This document shows positions 59,878 through 64,000 of a stretch of DNA of 64,000 bases, piece by piece (position 1 is the stretch's first letter; every line of letters starts with the position of its first letter). The translations under genes and the position numbers were made by a program. The notes below the pieces were generated by a model, which was not told the origin of the DNA, did no database searches, and saw only the letters and a list, made by a program, of their open reading frames with translations. Location of the stretch: the NCBI GenBank assembly GCA_965371445.1, contig CBDUYN010000012.1:10878-74877 (forward strand). The letters are read 5' to 3'. This DNA is from an uncultured bacterium. GTDB taxonomy: Bacteria; Acidobacteriota; Thermoanaerobaculia; Multivoradales; J023.

Positions 59878-61707
59878 TCAGGCGCGAAATTCCTTCGGAC
59901 CGTTGCCTCCGTCTTCCCCCGGCAGCGTGAAGCAAAAAGTGGCGCCTTCGCCGGGGCCGGGAGACTCGGCCCAGATCCGGCCGCCGTGGATCTCGACGAT
60001 CCGCCGGACGAGCGCGAGGCCAATCCCCGTGCCTTCGCCGCTCGCGCTCAGCTTCTGGAAGAGGCCGAAGATCTGCTTGAGATACTTCTCCTCGAGCCCG
60101 ACGCCGTTGTCACGGACGAAAAAGACCGTTTCGCCGCCCTCGTAGCGCAGGGAGACTTCGATCCGCGGCTTCTCCTGATCGCCCATGAACTTGATGGAGT
60201 TCTCCAGCAGGTTTTGGAGGAGTTGGACGAGACGGACGCGGTCGACCCGGATGACCGGGAGGTCCTCGGCGACTTCGACCTTGACGCCGCGCTTCGAGAG
60301 CCGGCCTTCGACCAGCTCCACGGCCTCCTGAGCCATCTCGCCGAGGGCGGCGTTCTGCGGTGGATTGACGAAGCGGCCGATGCGTGAGAGCTCCAGGAGC
60401 TCGTCGAGGAGTTGCTTCATCTTGTCGGCAGCGGCGTGGATCCGGTCGAGGTCGGAGCGCGAGCGCTCCTCGTCTCCGGCCGCGAGGTCTTTTTCGAGGA
60501 AACCGAGGAAGCCCTTGATGGTGATGAGGGGGGCTTTCAGGTCGTGCGACACGGTGTAGGTGAAGCTTTCGAGCTCCTTGTTCTTGTCCTCCAGCTGGCG
60601 GATCACCGCCTCGCGCTCGGCCTCGGCGCGTTTCACGTCGGTCACGTCGACGAGTGTCGCCTGGGCTTTCAGGACATTGCCGGCCTTGTCGCGCTCCAGG
60701 GTGGCCGAGAGGAGGACCTTCAAGACCCTGCCGTCCCGGGTGACGAAATCGTATGGGACCTCGTGGCAGTGTCCCTGCTTGAAAAAGCGCGGCATGCCCA
60801 CCTTCTCGGACCAGTGCCGGGATTCGGGGGTCAGGAAATCGGTCGGCATGCGGCCCAGGACCTTGTCGCGGCGGTAGCCGAGGGTCTTCAACCAGTGGTT
60901 GTTGACCTTGACGATACGGCCCTCACCGTCGACGGAGTGCATCATGACCGGGGTCTTGTTGTAGAGGTCGCGGTAACGGACCTCGCTCTGGCGGCGGACG
61001 GTGGAAGCGGCGAGCGACGCCTGCTGGGCCACCCGGTAGCCGCGGTAGAGGGAATGGAGCGCGAGAGGCACCAGGAGGCCCGCGATCACGAGCACCCCCA
61101 GCCCCCAGGGCAAGGCCGTCGTCACGAGGTTGCGCTCGATCTGGCGCACTTCGGCCTGGACGGCCACGTAGGCGTCGAGGCCCTCCATGTAGACGCCGCT
61201 CATCAAGAGCGGCGTGCCCTCGACGCGGAGCTGACCGATCCAGTCCTCCCGCAGGTCGAAAAGCTCCTCCCACGTCGACGCTGCAGCGAATGCGCTCGGC
61301 CGAAGCCGAACGTCCGTCAAGTCGCGGCCCACGAGCTCCGGTTGCCGTGAGTGGTAGATCACCGTACCCGGAGCCTTGACGAGCAGGAGCCCTCCACTGG
61401 GCTCGAAGCCCTGCCAGAGCTGCTCGGCGCTTTGGTAGAGCCCATCGCTCGACGTGAAGCGGCCGGCGAGGGTCCGTTCGAGGTGGTTGCGAACCGTCCC
61501 CGCCAGCGCGCGGTTGAGCTCGCCGACGTTCGTGAGGACGTTGTGACGGCTCGCCCGGTAGGCCAGGTAGGCGATGGCGCAGCTGCCGAGGACGGTCACC
61601 ATGCCGATCATGACGGCCGTGCGGATCAGGCGCCGGGTGGCGACGGCGGTCAGCGCCTCGAAAGTCCCCGCGCCGAGCTCGGTCGTGGTGGCGTCGGTCG
61701 ACGTCAT
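59878..61707 (-). CDS. Membrane-anchored PAS-domain sensor histidine kinase
   Basis: Two TM helices flanking a periplasmic domain. PAS. H-box (FTYTVSHDLKAPLITIKGFLGFL). N box (LLQNLLENSIKF). G boxes (VRDNGVGLE; GTGIGLALV). Confidence 0.8.
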   Translation of the reverse strand: MTSTDATTTELGAGTFEALTAVATRRLIRTAVMIGMVTVLGSCAIAYLAYRASRHNVLTNVGELNRALAGTVRNHLERTLAGRFTSSDGLYQSAEQLWQGFEPSGGLLLVKAPGTVIYHSRQPELVGRDLTDVRLRPSAFAAASTWEELFDLREDWIGQLRVEGTPLLMSGVYMEGLDAYVAVQAEVRQIERNLVTTALPWGLGVLVIAGLLVPLALHSLYRGYRVAQQASLAASTVRRQSEVRYRDLYNKTPVMMHSVDGEGRIVKVNNHWLKTLGYRRDKVLGRMPTDFLTPESRHWSEKVGMPRFFKQGHCHEVPYDFVTRDGRVLKVLLSATLERDKAGNVLKAQATLVDVTDVKRAEAEREAVIRQLEDKNKELESFTYTVSHDLKAPLITIKGFLGFLEKDLAAGDEERSRSDLDRIHAAADKMKQLLDELLELSRIGRFVNPPQNAALGEMAQEAVELVEGRLSKRGVKVEVAEDLPVIRVDRVRLVQLLQNLLENSIKFMGDQEKPRIEVSLRYEGGETVFFVRDNGVGLEEKYLKQIFGLFQKLSASGEGTGIGLALVRRIVEIHGGRIWAESPGPGEGATFCFTLPGEDGGNGPKEFRA

Positions 61708-61785
61708 CGGTCGTCCTTCATAGCCCGTCGATCATAGTGCAGTCGGGCGCGGATCCCAGGGTCTTGGACGACGCAGCCCCCCGGC

Positions 61786-62439
61786 TCACCGGCAAGCGTT
61801 GACCAGGGGACGCAGCTTGGTGAGGGACCGATCGAGGTCCAGGAGCTCGACGCCGGCACCGGCGAGGAGGTTGCTTCCCGTGCCGTGGGGCATTGAGGGA
61901 TCCAGGCGGTGGACCACCCTGGCCTGGACGGCCACCGGGGCACACTCGAGGCCGGTAACCAACAGCTCGACGCAGATCACCTCGCCCAACTGCGGCGGAT
62001 CGGCGAGCGGAATGAACAGCCCGCCGGTCGAGAGGTCGCGCTCATAGGCTTCCAGGAAACGCTTCGGGTCGGGGAACTCCAGGCGGTAGGCCACCTGGGG
62101 CGCGTACTCGCCGCTCTCGTCGCCCGGCGAATCGATGTCCGGAAGGAGCTCCGCGACGAGCTCCGAGACGTTCAGGAAACGCACCGCCATGCCCGAGGGC
62201 TTCATGCTGTGCATCGTCCGGGTGACCCGCACGACCACTCCCTCGAGCATGACGCTGTCGCCGTTCGAGGAGAGCTGCGTGCGCACCCGCGTCCCCTTGG
62301 ACATCAGGTGCCCGGTGACGATGAAGACCCCCGTGGCCGAGATGTTGACGGTGTAGCCCAGGTGAGATTTCGTGGCGCCGCGTTCCTGGAATTGAATCTT
62401 CAGACGGCGCGGATGACGCTCCGTGTCTCGACGTTCCAT
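61786..62439 (-). CDS. PilZ-domain (c-di-GMP-binding) protein
   Basis: MERRDTERHPRRLKIQF (RxxxR) plus TVNISATGVFI (D/NxSxxG), followed by a second beta-barrel-like half. Confidence 0.65.
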   Translation of the reverse strand: MERRDTERHPRRLKIQFQERGATKSHLGYTVNISATGVFIVTGHLMSKGTRVRTQLSSNGDSVMLEGVVVRVTRTMHSMKPSGMAVRFLNVSELVAELLPDIDSPGDESGEYAPQVAYRLEFPDPKRFLEAYERDLSTGGLFIPLADPPQLGEVICVELLVTGLECAPVAVQARVVHRLDPSMPHGTGSNLLAGAGVELLDLDRSLTKLRPLVNACR

Positions 62440-62522
62440 AACCTTGATTCTCCCTTTCTGTTTGACGTCCCCATGAGCCCGCGTCCGGGGCGGTGCTCCC
62501 CCTCTCTCGCCGGCACCGGTCC

Positions 62523-64000
62523 TCAAGGACAGGTGGCGAAGGCGTCCGCGTCGGTGATCGCCGCCGCCGAGACGCCCAGCGGATTGAAGTATTGCTTCAC
62601 CTCGTTGTTGTCGGTGTCGGTCACCGTCAAGGTGTATTCCACGTTGGTGGTGGCGGCGGCGAAGACCCAGTAGCGGTTGTTGACGCCGCAACCGCGCAAA
62701 ACCTTGACCACCATCTCCCAGTTGTCCTCGTCGAAAAAGTAGAAAAGCCCCGAGTCGTCGACCTCGAAAGGTATCGGCACCATGTTCCCGGAGCCTTGAT
62801 TCCCCTTGAAGTCCTTCCAGGCCACTTCGACCTGGAAGCGACGCTTGTTGAGGCAGAGCTGGGTGTCGGTCTCGGTGCAGCCGCCGGCCTTGGTCTCGGC
62901 CTCGGTCCAGCCGACCGCGCTCCAGGACGGCTCCTCCTCTTCCCAGACGGTTTCGCCACCTACCGCCTGGAAGTCGCAAACCGCCAGGGCGTCGGTGTCG
63001 GTGATCGCCGGAGACGGGTTGCCGAGCGGGTTGAAATAGCTCTTTGCGGCGCCCGAGACGGTGTCGACGACGACCACGTCGTACTCGACGTTGGTGGTGG
63101 CGGCGGCGAAGACCCAGTAGCGGTCGTTGAGGCCGCAGCCCCGGAGGCTCTTGACCAGCATCTCCCAGTTGTCCTCGGCGAAGAAGTAGAAGAGCCCTGA
63201 GTCTTTTGAGCCGAAGGGGACCGCCAGAGCGTCGCCGTTCTGGTCCTTGAAATCACGCCAGGTGGCGGTGACGAGGAAGCGTCCGTCGTCGAGGCACAGC
63301 GCCGAGTCGGGGCAGCCGTCCACCTCGCCGATCGAGTCCGAGCCGACGGTCTGGGAGCAGGCCACCAGATTGCGCGGACCGCGGCTCGTCACCTCGAGGA
63401 CTCCGCCGCTCGCCAGCAGCGTCGTCGCTCCGATCCGGGCGGTCGAGGCCCCGGCGAAGGCATAGCCGAGGTAGGCCGGCGATCCGCCGTCCTGGCCCAC
63501 CGAACCGCTCGTCACCAGGGCGGCCGGGGCCGCGACGAGCCGTCCGAGGCAGGGCGCGGAAGTGCGGCGCGTGTTCCCGCCGTCGCTCTTGTCGGTCGAC
63601 GAGCCGTCGTTGCGCTGGATGACGAGCGAATTCAGCGTCGACGCGCTCATTCCGGAAAAGCCCACCGCCCGGTTCTTGTAGACCGTGTTGCCGAAGTGCA
63701 CGTTGTGGATCTCGTTGCGCGAATACTTGACCTCGTTGAACGGAGCCGTGAGGCTGTCGACGTCGACGATCGCCAGCCCCGTGTTGCCGGTGAACGTCGA
63801 GTCGACGACGAAGCCCGTGATGTCGCGTCCGCCCGCGGGGCGCAAGGTCAGCGCCGAGCCCGGCGAATTCGCCACCGTCTCCGTGGGGGGATTCGTGCCC
63901 GGGGAGACGTCGTTGGCGATGAATTCGACCTTGGAGATCTCGACGCGGCCGCTGTCGATCAGGAGCGCGCCGCCGCTTTCTTCAGCGCTGTTGGCGACAA
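62523..64000 (-). CDS. Secreted protein, partial (N-terminus lies beyond the window): beta-helix-like region followed by two tandem ~110-aa Cys-containing C-terminal domains of unknown family
   Basis: ORF is open to the window end. Two repeats of C-L..[GR]RF.V...W+DFK...G......PF...DSGLFYFF.EDNWEM.VK.LRGCG.N.RYWVFAAATTNVEY....DT.......YFNPLG.....ITD.DA.A.C. The DNA-level repeat is ~460 bp apart (62621-62750 vs 63081-63210). Confidence 0.5.
   Translation of the reverse strand, partial: VANSAEESGGALLIDSGRVEISKVEFIANDVSPGTNPPTETVANSPGSALTLRPAGGRDITGFVVDSTFTGNTGLAIVDVDSLTAPFNEVKYSRNEIHNVHFGNTVYKNRAVGFSGMSASTLNSLVIQRNDGSSTDKSDGGNTRRTSAPCLGRLVAAPAALVTSGSVGQDGGSPAYLGYAFAGASTARIGATTLLASGGVLEVTSRGPRNLVACSQTVGSDSIGEVDGCPDSALCLDDGRFLVTATWRDFKDQNGDALAVPFGSKDSGLFYFFAEDNWEMLVKSLRGCGLNDRYWVFAAATTNVEYDVVVVDTVSGAAKSYFNPLGNPSPAITDTDALAVCDFQAVGGETVWEEEEPSWSAVGWTEAETKAGGCTETDTQLCLNKRRFQVEVAWKDFKGNQGSGNMVPIPFEVDDSGLFYFFDEDNWEMVVKVLRGCGVNNRYWVFAAATTNVEYTLTVTDTDNNEVKQYFNPLGVSAAAITDADAFATCP

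Noticed and set aside
1-64000. Searched for tRNA / rRNA genes, integrases / transposases, IS inverted repeats and CRISPR repeats
   Set aside because: None recognisable by eye. The lower-GC STAND island has no flanking integrase or obvious direct repeats within the window.

Overview
This is a high-GC (roughly 65-70%) chromosomal segment from a Gram-negative (diderm) bacterium. It is dense with secreted, outer-membrane and efflux functions. I found no rRNA, tRNA, CRISPR array, integrase or IS element. From left to right:

(1) A 7.5-kb ABC-transporter / efflux locus in which nearly every gene carries a frameshift, a deletion or a tandem duplication.
(2) A HepT/MntA toxin-antitoxin pair.
(3) An alpha/beta-hydrolase followed by a GH3 adenylating enzyme with an unexpected enolase-superfamily N-terminal capping domain.
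(4) A four-gene module of secreted proteins of unknown function (glycine-zipper protein, 4-Cys small protein, ~820-aa repeat protein with a Tyr/Pro/Gly-rich region and an RGG tail, and a small Lys-tailed protein). It recurs as a second partial copy at 54.3-56.0 kb and an orphan large-protein copy at 38-40 kb, always together with DUF4136 lipoproteins.
(5) A compact, apparently lower-GC three-gene island encoding a 1131-aa Mrr-like nuclease / STAND(NB-ARC-like) NTPase, a pol-beta nucleotidyltransferase and a small protein. This is the best candidate for a novel antiphage defence system.
(6) An RND efflux operon whose outer-membrane factor carries an N-terminal periplasmic-binding domain.
(7) A sulfatase / alkaline-phosphatase cluster with decayed duplicate fragments.
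(8) A PlpD-like patatin-Omp85 protein, an amino-acid-permease-Usp-DUF389 fusion, tandem DUF3604 paralogues, two two-component systems, gpmI, an M28 peptidase, a PilZ protein and a beta-helix protein with tandem novel C-terminal domains.

Many long reverse-strand ORFs in the track are GC artefacts and were not called.
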